The notes beneath the pieces are model-generated. The model worked only from the letters and a program-made list of their open reading frames with translations. It did no database searches and had not been told where the DNA came from. 64,000 bases of DNA from the human T2T-CHM13v2.0 reference genome, Homo sapiens: the NCBI RefSeq assembly GCF_009914755.1, contig NC_060927.1, one strand, 5' to 3'. Positions 13,701 through 28,380 of the stretch are shown piece after piece. The position numbers were made by a program, and so were the translations under genes. Position 1 is the first letter of the stretch, and every line of letters starts with the position of its first letter.

Positions 13701-14399
13701 TTTTTTCTAAGGGAAAATATGCAGGGTACTTTTTATTGTAGACAAGTTTTGATTGCAAGGTAAAGAAGGCCTACTGATACTCAAAACTCATCTCAATACC
13801 TGGAATAATAATCCTGTCCTAAGAATTTGAAACAAACATTCTATTAAGTTCAGATGTCTTTGTCATTAGATGAAAATCATGCTTTTACATTCCTTAGAAT
13901 CTTATCAAATTCAAATGTCCTTAGAGTTAGACATTTCCATCTCTGCACATATGTATATTTTTTAAAAGGAAAAGAAGTAAAAAATCCAGCCAGGTGATCA
14001 CTGGAGTAGGATAACAATATTTCTGTGACTAGAGGAGAAAAATTATGTACCTTAAAACCGAGGTTTAAGCCACTTGAAAAATGAAAGCAACCAATGGATA
14101 AGCCTTGAACTTTGCAATATAACAACTTCAGAGTTGTCATAAGAATTCACTCAGAGCTCCAGCTGAAATACTCGGTCCTTTATAACCCCAATTAACAGGC
14201 ATTGTAGTTGTTTATTGGTGAATTAACTATCTCGGTTAAATGGATTGACTTCATTAACTTGAGTTGCATCTTTCAACATCCAAAATATTTAGAATTACAT
14301 AAAAACCATTATAGCTTTTGGATCTCAACAGTGGCAGTAGTACCTCTCAGGGATGAGTGCTTCTTGAAAATTTTGCTTTATAGAAATATATTAAATAAT

Positions 14400-15760
14400 A
14401 CCTAAATGAATTGAGAAATATAGCACTTTTTGTTAAAACAACAAATATTACAATGATATCTCAACAAATGAATTTAAGATTCAATACAATATCAATGAAA
14501 ACCCCGTAAGTTTTCCATTAAACTTGACAACCGTATTCTAAAATCCACATGGACAAAGGGATAAGAATAGTACAAGGTGGATAATTTATTCTATCAAATA
14601 TAAAAATGTATTTCATCTTAGAACAATTTGCATAATTTATTAACGAATCAGAAAAACTGACCTATAGAATGAGATAGAGCACACAGGGTAGACCTATAGA
14701 ATGAGATAGAGCACACAGGGAAAAAAACAAAGCATATATGGAATCTTGACAGTGGGTATTACAAGTCAGTGAAGGAAAAGACAGATTTTCCAGTAATTGA
14801 AGACAGAAAAACCGGGAGTGCACATGAAAAGAAAAAAAAAAAAGAATTCTAAATTTATACCAGTCACAAAAATTTATTTGACAGATTAACAATTTTGTTA
14901 CAAATCTAAATGATCTTTCAGAATATCTTTATCACCTTGGAAGGAGTTTTTTTAGAACAAACCTCACAGTTACAAATTACATAAATATATTGTTAATTTC
15001 AATGATATTGAGAATTTCTTTTCATGAAAACATATCCTTGAAGGAAGGAAAAATAAATCACAAACTGAGAGAAGACATTACAGGCATTAAATTAACGCTA
15101 ATGCTGTATAAAGAACTCCCAATGTAAAAGAAAATAGCAAACAAAATGGGTTTTTTGAATGGGCAAAAGTCATAAACAGATATATAATTTAAAAAAATCC
15201 AAAATGGCTCCAATAATGATAAGAGCAGTAAATGAAATACACAGTAAAACTATAATAGGATAGTATTTCAAATTGACCAGATTGGCAAAAATGTAAAAGC
15301 CAGCTAATATTAAAGTGTTTGCAAGGATACTGAGAAGCCGACATTTCCTCTTCTGCTAGTAAGAGTGGAAATTTAAACAACTTTAGAAAACATTTTTTCA
15401 TTGCATATGGAATTGAACATTCATATGTCCTACAACCAAGCAATTCAACTCCTAGATTTCTATCCTGAAGAGTCTCTTGGACTTGAGCACCAGTAGATAA
15501 ATACATTAAAAATTCAAGAAGCTTGGTCCAAACTTTATTTTTTTTAAATAATGGCGAATCAAATGTACATGAATAGTAAGATGGACACATAAAATGTAGT
15601 ATTTTCAGTTGGCAACACAGCAATGACAAAATTTAAATAATGCTATATGCATTAACATAAATGAATATCACTAATAATGTTGAAAGGAAGAAGTTATGGA
15701 AGAACATATACAAAGATTCCTTTCATGTTATGTCCTACAACTGATAACAATGCAAATATG
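14400..15760 (+). mobile_element. Ancient L1M ORF2/3' UTR remnant
   Basis: Degenerate AGATTCAATACAATATCAAT...ATTCTAAAATCCACATGGA...CAAGCAATTCAACTCCTAG motifs. Confidence 0.7.
14659..14720 (+). repeat. Tandem duplication, 32-bp period (30 bp identical)
   Basis: GACCTATAGAATGAGATAGAGCACACAGGG occurs twice. Confidence 0.95.
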
Positions 15761-16316
15761 TTAAAGCTATAGGGAAAGGGAGGAGAGAGGTTAATACAAT
15801 AAAAGTGATGAGATTAAGATGGCAGGGATGAATGAAGAAGATGTTATCCAAGAAGAATAGCAAGCAGAAGTTGGATCCTAAATCACTGGTAATCATTGTT
15901 TTTTTAAACATTAGTTGATAAACTTTATTAGTGTCTATTTTATGACAATCAGTCCAGTTGTATCCTCTTTGTCTCATTCCAGTTGTTTGCATACACATAA
16001 ATATCCATCTTACCTACCTAGTTCAGGTTTTAAGTCCCATTCACTATTTTTTTTGTGTCATAAGATACATATTTGCGTACATCATATCCACACCAATGCA
16101 TATATTACTGAATATATACATATATGTATATATTCAGTCTCATTATTTAACCCCAGACTGAACATTTAAAGTTTTTACTTTATAAGAATGAAGTTGATGA
16201 AAACTACAACAATTGATCACACCAGTGATCAGGTTTATCATTAGAATATCATGAGTAGAACTATATACGTAGTAATGTTCACAGATTTTATTACATTTCT
16301 GTATTTTTTTTGGTAA

Positions 16317-16946
<630 letters not shown>

Positions 16947-17667
16947 CAGAAATTGTTTTCTCTCTTAATACTTTTGCTTTTCCCCTATTACAACAAGGAT
17001 ATAAATATTCATTTTGCTTCTTATTTTACCATTTGTATCCCTTTAATTTATACAAATCTTTAGTCAAAATAAGTGGCAAATTCAAACTTTTACTTCTGTA
17101 GGTAACATCAAAATAAATTATTCAAATCCGCAGATCCTCTAAAATTGTATTTATCATAAATCAAATTATAGGAGTCTATAATTGCAAATCATCTTTCCTA
17201 AAATAAATGTCTGAAAGGTTATTATGCAACATGTTTTGTATAATAATATTTCAGTACATTATTTGAGGGCACTTGACTTTGTCACCATATGCATTATAGC
17301 TATTTTTTAGTGTTTTGAAATAAATAAGATCATGCTGCAATTAGTGTTGCTTATAATAGATAGGTACAAAACTTAATTAAAATATGATAAATGGAGGATT
17401 TTTCCCACTAAGCTGTCAAATTATTTTTGGGGAACATCTGTTTATTTTTAAACCATGTTATACATCTTGTTCTTGATGTGCATGCTAATGATATTATTAC
17501 AATATACCTCAGTGCACTTTTAAAAGATCAGAAGTGGGTATGAAATATTTGGGGCCATATCAGTATTTTTGACATTATGTTCTACTCTCTTAGTCTTGTC
17601 TTCTTTGCTTAAGAATAAAAATCCAACACTTTCTTTATAGCTCTTCTACATTTCAAAAAAGTTTTAA

Positions 17668-17977
<310 letters not shown>

Positions 17978-18744
17978 CAAAATGTAAACTTGATTACAGG
18001 TGTGAGCCACTGCGCCTGGCCCTAACACAGACAGACTCGATTGCCTCTAAAAAGAAAGGCAAGAGATAAGATACAAGCAATAACATGACATCATGTGAGG
18101 CTCATTGAAGAAACTGAGAATGTATGGTCTGGACCACAGAGAGATGTGAGGGACAATAATGGAAGGCCTCTCCCACAGCACTTGTTTTAAGTGGTTCTAT
18201 AGGACAAATTCAACAGAAGCAAAGAATTTTTACAAAACAAATGTCCGAAAATGGAATGGATCATGAGATCTTCACCAATGCATATTTAGCTTCTACCTGA
18301 ATGAAACAAGTGGTATCGAAAAAAGGATTCAAGTGCTGGATAGAGACTTAACGAAACAAACTCTTTCGCCTTCCTTCAGACTTTAAATTCCTTGCTTTAT
18401 ATCTTAGATTGTTACATCATGCTTATAAAATCTAGGTAATTAAAGACTTTAAAAATTAAATTGATTTGAGTACAGCATGAATTAATTTGAACCTGATGAT
18501 TATACAGTACTTGAGGATTATAAAAAGTGTCAAAACTAGTCGCTAAACAAAAACCAGTCCATAAGTGTACTAATGTTATGGATACACTAGATAGAGTTGT
18601 TTATTTTTCTATTCCTAACCAGTATGTAATATTAATTATAATGTATGAATTAGAAGAGACATCGCCTATTAAGCTGTTTCTACTTCTGTTAATTGTAAAA
18701 GAATTTACGTGGGTGGTGGGGTTAACCTACCCATCTATTACTGA

Positions 18745-18840
18745 TGCTGCTGTTACTAGTACTACATCTACTAACTCACTTCTACTACTGCTACTGCTCC
18801 CACTACCTACTATTGTTGATACTAACAATACTAACACTGC
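18745..18840. repeat. Degenerate (CTA)n low-complexity tract
   Basis: ctactactgctactgctcccactacctactatt... Confidence 0.7.
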
Positions 18841-18849
18841 TAAGAAATA

Positions 18850-19100
18850 ATGTTTACTGAGTTGTTATAATGTAACCTGTTAGTACTCTTTTTGGTATGT
18901 TATATAAGTTGAGAAATTTATCCCTTAAGCAACCTTACAAATAATAGTAGGTGCTATTATTAGCTAAATCTTAAAGATAACTATATTGTGGCAAATTTAG
19001 GTTGATAAATTTGCTCAAGATCATGCAGGTTTAAAGTGGCAGGACCAGCATTTCATATTAGGCAATGATTTCAAAATTTGTGATTCTATCATGGTATGCT
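18850..19100 (-). mobile_element. MIR
   Basis: AAATTTGCTCAAGATCATGCAG...GTGGCAGGACCAGCATTT core-like motifs. Confidence 0.55.
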
Positions 19101-19796
19101 CTAGTCAAGGGAAAGATTCAAATGTATTCCAATATAAGCATAATTTCTAAACACAAAAGTAATATTCATTTATAGCAAGAAGTTTTCTCTAAACATAGCA
19201 CATAATTCTCATCACATCTTTACACTATTCTTAAATGTAAACTCAGTCTTTTTGGTAATTCTATTCATTTATCTTTCTTATGCTTTGTAAGGGTCCTCCA
19301 TAAAACCTAATATTTTTATAGCATTAGTACTTATTATTAATTAGCAGTTTATTTGTTGATAATGTCTGCTATTTGTCCTCCATTATACTGAAGTGTTCTT
19401 GCCTATGATAGGGTAATCCCCGCACCCCACCTCACAACCCACATTTGTATTTCTGGAGAGGGTAGTTTTCCTCACCGCGATATGAGCTTGATGTCATCTA
19501 AATACCAAAGTTGGTATATGTAGAGACTTTTTCTTCTTTTAGTAATATCAAGAAGAAAGATTAATGATTTAAAATACCTGTCATTGTTATCATATAATTA
19601 AGTTAAAATGGAACAGATTCCATAAGTATCAACATGTTGCAGCCTGAGAAATTGTGTTATTGTAAAAGAAATTCTGCTTGAGTGAATTACCCATCATTAA
19701 CTACGTTCATTGATACCTCCATTATTGGTTGTTTTAACATATTTGTATCCAAGCCTTTGAAGGGATGATAATTTCTACCTCCAAGATTCAGTAACT

Positions 19797-20103
19797 GGCC
19801 AGACATTGTGGCTCATGCCTGCAATCCCAGCACTTTGAAAGGCTGAAGCAGGAGGATCGCTTGAGACCAGAAGTTTGAGACCAGCTGGGCACCATAGGGA
19901 GATCCCTGTCTCTACAGAATAAAAAAAACATTAGCCGAGTGTGGTGCCACACATCTATAATCCCAGATACTCAGGAAGATGAAGTGGGAGGCTTGCTTGA
20001 AGCCAAGGTTGTTGAAGTTTTAGTGAGCCATGATCGGGCCACTACACTCCAGCCTGGGCCACAGAACAGACTCTATCTCAAAAAAATAAAAATAAAAAAT
20101 AAA
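19797..20103 (+). mobile_element. AluJ
   Basis: GGAGGATCGCTTGAG J-type motif; TSD AAGATTCAGTAA at 19783-19794 and 20104-20115. Confidence 0.93.
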
Positions 20104-20669
20104 AAGATTCAGTAATATATGTGTAGGGAGCTCCTCAGATACAATAAAATAGCAAACCTCCTGCATTTCCTCAAATATTTTATGAAATTGAAAAAAACAC
20201 CAAAATGAGTTCTCTGATTTATAAAATAATTTGGCAGAAGAACATTCATTTCACTAGGGGAAAAAATTAAATTTACTAAATGCTAATTCAGGAACAGGAG
20301 CTTATTAAAAAAGAATATATTTATAGATATGTTCTGATGAGAAAATAAAAACGACCCTGTGTACATTTTGAATATTCTCAGTAAAAGGGCTAAATCAGAT
20401 AAATGAGTACATTAATGACAAACAGAAATCTTCAAACAGATTAGTTTCTTAAATCAAGGTGTTCTACAGTGTCTTCATAAATATTTATAAAATCTACTTA
20501 AAATATTTGAGTTTTTTTTCTGGAAGGAGTCAATAAAAGGAAAGTCATGTTATAGTTTGATGATAAATATCTAAATAGTTAATACATTTATCCTATAAGC
20601 TATGGTTTTAAAAAAGGAAAGTTTAAAAAAGTTTATGGTGCCAATAGATTTAAGCTCTTCATTAACAGC

Positions 20670-21405
20670 ACACACATATGTGATGGCCATAGTGTGTCAG
20701 GTACTAAACACTCATGTCATCTTCACAACAATCATATAGAATATAATTATCATCCTTATTGTACATATGAGGAACTTAGGCAGAGACAGGTTAAGAAACA
20801 TACCCAAGAGTGACTTCAACATCTGGGCTGTGAATAGATACCTAAAATAGATGATTCTACAGTTTTCCCCTTAAATTTCTTTGCAGGGATACAAACATTT
20901 TGTTTTTCAAGATTCAGCTTCTGACCCAGTTCTTAGCAATGGATTTGTCACTAGTTATTGGGGAAAAAAAATGAAAAAAAAAAAAAAGACTGGGGTAAGG
21001 ATAGGCATATGATTCAATACAGACCAACCTAAGCTAATAAATCTAATTTTACAGACTTTTACTGATACTGATGAAAGAGTCAAATTCCTTTTACTGAGTC
21101 TTTGAAGAGAAGTGACTGTAAATCTGGGGAGAATGTGCCTGAGAAGAGAACTAAATGGCAGAGACAGACAGACAGGGTGCTGGGGAGAGAGAGGGAGGGA
21201 TGAAGGGAGAAAGGAAGGAAGAGAAGGAAAAAAGAAAGGGAAAGTAAGAAAAATAATAATAATAATACTGAGAGGTGAAGACAAGTTATCTGAATATATC
21301 CAGTCTGAATAAATAAATACCCAGAGACTTTTCAGTTATACGAATAATGTATTAGTTTTATGAAAAATGAGATAGATTTCTATTACATACAAATAGAATT
21401 CATCG
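20670..21405. mobile_element. MIR fragment followed by an old MLT1-type LTR remnant
   Basis: MIR core ATGAGGAACTTAGGCAGAGACAGGTTAAG, then MLT1-like GACTTTTCAGTTATACG...TTTCTATTACATACAA. Confidence 0.4.
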
Positions 21406-22079
21406 GTGAATTAATTTGTTTAGGATACAAAACTAAATAGAGCACTTTGATGGCTTATTTGACACTGAGATTTTCATATTGATTGTTTCTGTTATGAAAA
21501 TGCTATTCTTAATCTCCTTTCTATAGTGGCATTTTATAAGATTTATATAAGAAAGATGAACAACTAAAAATGCTTGAAAAACTACAATTTTAAATAATTT
21601 CTTATATTAACACTCTAACATTCTATAATACCCTGAATTTCATTTTTTGACAACTAAATGATAAAAATATGTCCAATGATTATCAGGAAGTACTTTTTCA
21701 CATTGCAGTAAGGGGAAATGAAAATAGTAATTATTCAGTTCTGATTTTATTTCAGACACTATGCTAGGTCTTTTGTATAAATTAACTTGTATTTTCTATT
21801 AATCATTTTTTTCAGATTATTTTCCATTAGATATATTGAATTTCTTCCAACAATATTAAAGTTGTGAATTCTAAGTTTGTATTTTCTCCTTTCTTTTTAT
21901 TTTTCAATTCTTGTCTTTTTAGATTATTACTACACTTTATATGACATATTTTACCGTAGACTTAAAATGAATAGCAGCCATTTGAAAAATTGTAAGATGT
22001 GTACAGTATCTAAAGTCAATATAGAATTTTCATTAAAATAAGGAATTTTCATTAAAAGCATAATATATTTATAATCATT

Positions 22080-22780
22080 TAAAATGCTGGAAACTTCACA
22101 AAAAATGTCAAAGATCATTAATAAGCAGCTTGACTTAGGGAGATGAAGCTCAAATGAATAATGGATATATAAAGAGATGCTTAAGGTCTCTAGTAATCAG
22201 GGAATTGTGAATTTGAACAAGAGATACTACTTAACCATCTGAATGGTGAACTTGCAAAAATGGAAGAGCCTTACCCCCTGTAGGTGAAGTATAGGTTGAC
22301 TAGGACTCTCATGAACTGCTAATAGGAGTGTAGACTGGTAAAGTTATATAAAGCACTCTGGTAATAATAAGTTAAATTAATTATGCACATGCTTTAAATC
22401 TAGCTATTTTACCAGAGAAAAACTCTTACATCCATTTGTGAAACAAAATGTGTGGTAATATTCACTGCAGCTGTGTTTAGTTTAGTGGATTGATTGGATG
22501 ATCTATCTGTTTCAAATCAGGGAAGTGAATAATTAAAATATGGTGAAGGTTACTATCAAACAACCAGTACGTGGTATTTCGTTACAGCATCTCAGACTGA
22601 CTAAGACAGGGTATTAGAGGGAGTACCTATAGGAGGTGTAAAGGAAACATAGAGAAAGGGAAAAATAAGTAAATTAAGAGAGAGGTCTTGCTGTAAACAA
22701 TGATATTGGCTTACATTTAACAGAGGAGTATGCTTAACACAACTTTCTGCTGTTAGGTCCGTCCAGAAAAAAAAAAGTTA
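22080..22780 (+). mobile_element. Ancient L1M fragment containing a ~50-bp MLT1/MST LTR 3' terminus (22557-22609)
   Basis: L1M motifs (TAGTAATCAGGGAA, AGGAGTGTAGACTGGTA); CCAGTACGTGGTATTTCGTTACAGCA...GACTAAGACA matches MaLR LTR ends. Confidence 0.55.
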
Positions 22781-23049
22781 AGCAATAAAATGATGGGGCA
22801 TTCAATTCCACATCATGCTATTATTATTATTCACTTATTTCCCAATTTCTAATTCCTTATGCAACTTTTTTTTATTTTAAGACTCTTAAACTTCTTTACA
22901 ATTTTTCTGCTTTATCTCATTTTCAGGAACATTGTACATGTCCCAGTTACCATTGTCTTTAATGACATAGATGTCTCCAAATCCACCTTTGTCTCACTCC
23001 AATTTATTTTCCATAACTGCATTCAGATTAGTTTATCAAATAAAAACCT

Positions 23050-23465
23050 ATAATCATCTCACTATACATGTCTTTTATGTTTTCCCACTGCTCTTAAATA
23101 AATACAAAGTTTTTTAACTTTTTAAAATAACCCACATGGGGCCCATCAACCCTCGTATCTTCATATCACACCACTCATATCCACTTTCAGCTCTTTCTTC
23201 CCCCATCTGGAGCATCACTTTTTGAGAGAGGCCTTCTCTTATCTCCTAGAATGTGCCATGTCTCCATATTGCATACTCTCAGGGCATAAGATATCACCCT
23301 CCAATAGAACGTATATTGGACTTTCAGTTTTGCATATTTCATAATTGATTACCATGCATGTCACTATTAAATCTAAACTCCACAAAGACATGAGTTGTGT
23401 CTGCTTGTTGCTGATTTTCTTGCTGTACTTGGTTCACAGTAGGTATTGAATAGGAATGACTGAAC
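23050..23465 (+). mobile_element. L2 3' fragment
   Basis: CACAGTAGGTATTGAATAGGAATGACTGAA is an L2-like 3' end. Confidence 0.5.
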
Positions 23466-25283
23466 TAGTCAATTACCTAAATTAAAAACAAAAGCACTTA
23501 GTTTAATATTTCTAAAATTGGTATATTAATAAGTATGTAGATTTTATATACCTGAAGAGTTTTATTTAGAATGCAACTTAGATTTTTACTTGAAATATAT
23601 ATGATATTAATATGTATTTTATTCAGTTTATTTTTCCTCCCATATTTTCTCCAGACATATATCCAGCATATGTTTCTCTAGTCTTGGGGGAGAGATTTTA
23701 GCTGTGGGGCATAAAGCAGAAGTTATGAGTTGATAATGTGCATTTGTGGCTGTGGTTTTCTAGAATCTTGAAGTTTTGTACAAAAAGGGAAATGATATAA
23801 AAACCAGAGGAACAAGAGAGTAACAGAGGGTACAGCCAGAATATACATACATATTGTACATAAAGAATGTATACACATATTGAAGGGAAGAGGCTAAAGT
23901 TGATTTCCAAAGAATGGGAGGAAGAGTGTGGTGGGCAGGTATCTTAAGTAGCCAAATCTAGAGTCCACGGGCTCTACATCTGTGCCCATCTCCCAAGCAG
24001 TACAAGGAAAGAAGGCAAGACTTCAGTGAATAGAGGCTGCATGGTGCTCTGAGTGAAAGTAGATTCTGACTACAGGGCTTTCAGACTAAGCAACACCTGA
24101 GCCATCAAATGCAAAAGACCATTTAGCATTGCCAAGTAGGACATTATTGGTCACCATGATTAACTGAAAAACCAAAGCCCTTCTTCCATTTTCCTTACAT
24201 AAGTTAACAGAGGTTAAATAGAAAGAGAGTGATGCTTGTCAAACAGTGGCTTTTAGACCACACAACTATTCAGTATTATAAAAATGAAGATTTCTGGGAC
24301 TTAACTCTGACAAATTAAGACAAAATCCTAGGGGTTATAGCTCTAACTTAGGCATTTTCACGAAGCCTCACTTAGGCATACTGAGATTAAAAATTACTGA
24401 AGAAGAGCAGGTTGGGCAGTCACAAGGTAGAGAGCCAGGAACTGCTAAAATTAGTAGCTTTGGGGAGTTGTTCATAATTCTAACTGAATGTAGGTCTCAG
24501 TAAAGACTCACATCAAAAGCCGAGTGCTGAAAACCTGGGAAAATGAGATGTTGTTTGACTAGAATAAATCACAGCATGAGACATCAGATAGTCAAAGGGC
24601 CAGGCCAGAATAGGAAACTTGGAAAAAACACTATCCAAGCACGAGACAAGGTAGCTGTCCAAGAGACTGCACTGAATCTCACTAATTAGTTCATTGTCCT
24701 GTAATGGGCAAAGTCATGGGAGAAGAAGGCTCTGACAACAGCAACAATGAAAGATTGATTTTGCAGAAAGTGTTGATTCCAGGTGCTGAGCCTCTTCTAG
24801 ACTTTTCTGTTGTGATAGGAACTCCTCCTCATACTTGGTCAGCCTAAGCAAATAAGTAGGAGTGTGTTACTGAAGTCAGATATGAGTTTGTAAAGAAAGA
24901 AGACTCTTATCTATAGTCTAATTGGCTTCTTAAAAATTAGGTGTTTTGGTGAGGAAAGTTCTAGATTAATTAATTTCATTCCTTTTTTTTTTTTTTCTCC
25001 AAAACATTACGCAGAGCTTGCCACAGAGAGTTCACGGATTTAAGACATACTTGAAAAAAATTTGAAATGATTTCATTACATGAAGAAAAAAATAGGTATT
25101 GCAGCATCCTGTTACCAAGAAATAAAGATAGAAAAATAAGCGCTGTAATGTTCATTTTTATTTATTTGTCAAGGCATGTTTCCCTCACTCAAGTTATACT
25201 ATTTTTAAATGGGCGTTCATTCAGTTACTCTACTTCATGTTAACGTGGGACACCTACTACACTTGACATGAGCATTGACTTAC

Positions 25284-25292
25284 AGACGTAAA
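25284..25292 (-). other. Candidate 9-nt microexon TTTACGTCT
   Basis: tgtctgatgcttgcatttttatgtttttcttcag|TTTACGTCT|gtaagtc. CTGAT branch point, two UGCs, strong U-tract, GTAAGT donor, frame-preserving, retains a CpG. Confidence 0.6.
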
Positions 25293-28232
25293 CTGAAGAA
25301 AAACATAAAAATGCAAGCATCAGACACACAGAAGCAATTTATTTAACCTGCCTTTCAATTGACAGACCACCTTCAAATTTCTAGTGATGCATTTTAGCAT
25401 GAGTTAAAGAGATGTCATTCAATGGTAAAGAAAGAATAGAAAGTGAGGCCAAAAATAGTGATGAGAAACTAAAATCTCTTAAAAACTAGTGCCCAATAAA
25501 ATTTCAAAGTACCTCTGTGGATACTTTTTTCTTAAACTATAATTTTCCTTTCACTTATTCAATTCTCTTTTTTTTGTTTCAAATTCAGATTATTTTATAT
25601 CCATGCATCTCATCTTTACATTTGTTTCTTCAGAATCAGTTGAAAATCTTCAACTAAAACACATACCTCATGCCCAGAATGCTCTGACAGGGTATTGGAA
25701 ATGAGGTAAAACACAGAATTTGTTATCTAACAAATGGAAGATCAGTATAGCCCTTCTTTCTGTTCAGACTATTTAGCTGGCTGAATAGATGCCCATAGGC
25801 AAAGTCAGCAAAACTAGTTTTCAGAGGTTGGCAAGAGTTTCTTAGGGAACATTCTAAGTACCTTACTTCTCAAGAGAGATTACAGTTTAATATGCTCACT
25901 CTGAATATCTGTTCTTATTACCTAATTGGTTAAAGTTATTAAAAACTCAGCGAGTTTAGTTTCAATTCACACCTTGTAAAAAAAAAAAGGCTAAAATATG
26001 CACACAGAAGACTCTTGTAACAGAAAGAGCAGTGTTGCTCTTTGGAATGACACATTAGAACACAAAAAGGAGGGCCTGAAGCTAGAGTACGAGATTTAAC
26101 ACTTACCTCTGTGGAATGGGTGAAATGCCACATTTAACATCAATCTTTAGTTTTTGGTTAATACAGCTCATTATGGACCAGATGGCTTAACTGTTCTGCC
26201 ATTTCCTGCCTACTTTTTTATAGGACAAGAAATTTGCCTTTTTTTAAAAAAAGAAGTTAAATGTCATAATTGTGAGGTGTGTAATTTTAAGAAGAGATGC
26301 TAAAGGTAATTTTGGATTCACTTTAAAAGTTTCTAAAATTCAGGTGAAATATTTCAGTAATGAAGTGTTTAAAGGAGACATTTAAATACTCACCTATAAT
26401 TCCTTCATGTGTGCTATTATAATTACCTCAGTTGTAGTGCTCTGAGTCATTTTCCGCATTTTGATTGTAGATACAGGGAAGAACTATTTGACTCGTGGGT
26501 TGTTCAAATTAAACCTCCAAAGTCTGTGCCTAGAGATGCATGCACTGGCTGTTTCTTCATCCCCTCCACATATTTTTTGAAGTATTTAGTCCTATACTGC
26601 ACTTTTCTGCCATGAAGTCTAAGTGGTAACAACTGATAAGTTGTAATTATTAAAAAAGAACTAGCATTTGAGCATGGCACATACATAGCTCTAAGAATGA
26701 TTACCGAATACGAAACATGACACTCTGTAAAATATCTAGAGACTGCATATAACTAAGCTTCCATCTGTATAATAGAAATAAAGAAACCCGAGTAGCTCTA
26801 CATTTACCTTTCTGTCTTTTCTATGTATCCTGTGGGCACCATCTGTTGAACACCTCTGGTTGGTATTAAGCTTCTTATGCCTAAAGCTGCTTTTGGTGTT
26901 CATGCTCAGGCATTACTTAAGTACATGTTGAAATCTTCCTGACCATACGTGTTAGTTTGATTCTCTTGATATAATGTCCTTCATTTCTACCACCTTCATT
27001 GAAATGAGAAATTTTAATTAGAAGTTCAAATATCTAATGGAAAAGTAAGATGGCCTTGCAAATTAACACAATCTGTCAAGCATTTGGTCCTTTATAACAG
27101 TTTAATCAAAAGATTTTTGGTGATGAAATCTTAAGTATTTCTCAGAAGCTGTTAGAGCAGTATGTTCACCTAACATCAAGCCTAACTCATATCAGTGAAA
27201 ACATCAAAATATTACTGAGAATCAAGAAAGTCACAATTTTACTCAAATACAAAGTGTATCAAATAAAAGTTCTGTGTGTTAGCAATGGAGTATTTTCTGG
27301 AGGCAGAGACACTGCATGACACGTGGTTGGATAGCTTAAAGCCCATTTCTGTAGAAGGAAAAGCTATGGATCAATAGTTTTATTCTGTTATCTCCTATTT
27401 TTATTTTGAGTTGATTGCTGTACAAAGTACAGTGATTACAAAAAATACAGTAAGAACCAACATGAAGTTTTCTCTATCTGAATCAATTACAACTTCTTAT
27501 CATACTCATTTAGTTTTGCTTCGTATTTCTTGTGTCAGACCTAGAATATTAGGTCTAGCCCCTAGTAAATATTCAACAAATATTTAATAAATAGCTATTT
27601 TTTCTTTAGCGACTTTTAATATAAATTTTACATGTCATTTTAATCCTAATAATATTCTTTCCTCCAAATGTTTAAAATCCTCAAGCTTCTAAATCTTACA
27701 CCAAATTTGCCCCTAAATACAGACATTTCTCCAGGAAAGGTCTTGCTGTGTTCTAGATAACCTTTTGCTATTTGTGCATCTTTCTTTCAAGGTAAATATA
27801 TCCCTACACTCCAGAGTTAATTTTTTCTTCTCAAGACCTACAAATAACAGCTTAAAATATTTGTACTCCGAAGACTTTAACTCCAAGTAATTTAATACTG
27901 GACACTTAAATTCTCAAAGCATAAACTCACAGACTCCAAAACGAATGATGAATTTTACTTTGGAAGAATCAGTAGGAAGCAGTTGATTTTACTGATGACA
28001 TTCAAGGCATACAATCACAGAAAATTAAAATTTGAGAGCACAGTCATTAGTACAAACAAACAAAATAATCAGCATTCATCAACTGAACTTTTGCAAAATA
28101 ATTTTTAAAGTTAATTTAACATGAATTATTATATAATCTGTTTTATCATACTGTTATTAGTTATAAATGTTGCTTTCATGTAATGAATATTATCTGTATG
28201 AGGGGTACTCTAAGATAAGATGAATGAAACAC

Positions 28233-28265
28233 TGTGTGTGTGTGTGCGTGTGTGTGTGTGTGTGT
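28233..28265. repeat. (TG)n microsatellite
   Basis: About 16 TG units with one CG interruption. Confidence 0.95.
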
Positions 28266-28310
28266 CTATGGGAGTGCATCGCTGAGTCATTTTCTCCTTT
28301 GTTTCCCCAG

Positions 28311-28379
28311 GTCAGATCTTTGGTACAGATGCTGCCATCACAATCCTAGAAGACTCACCATTGCTTCACAGAGTGGAGG
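28311..28379 (+). other. Candidate 69-nt plus-strand exon (open frame GQIFGTDAAITILEDSPLLHRVEG)
   Basis: cattttctcctttgtttccccag|GTCAGATC...GTGGAGG|gtaata. The donor straddles the THE1 LTR boundary. Confidence 0.35.
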
Positions 28380-28380
28380 G

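Noticed and set aside
18527-18850. 107-aa ORF with hydrophobic and Thr-rich stretches
   Set aside because: Openness is explained by the (CTA)n low-complexity tract; non-ATG start and no splice context.
26101-26830. Minus-strand donor-like sites at ~26101, ~26388 and ~26803
   Set aside because: No convincing matching acceptors, and frames are mostly closed. Possible non-coding exons but unsupported.
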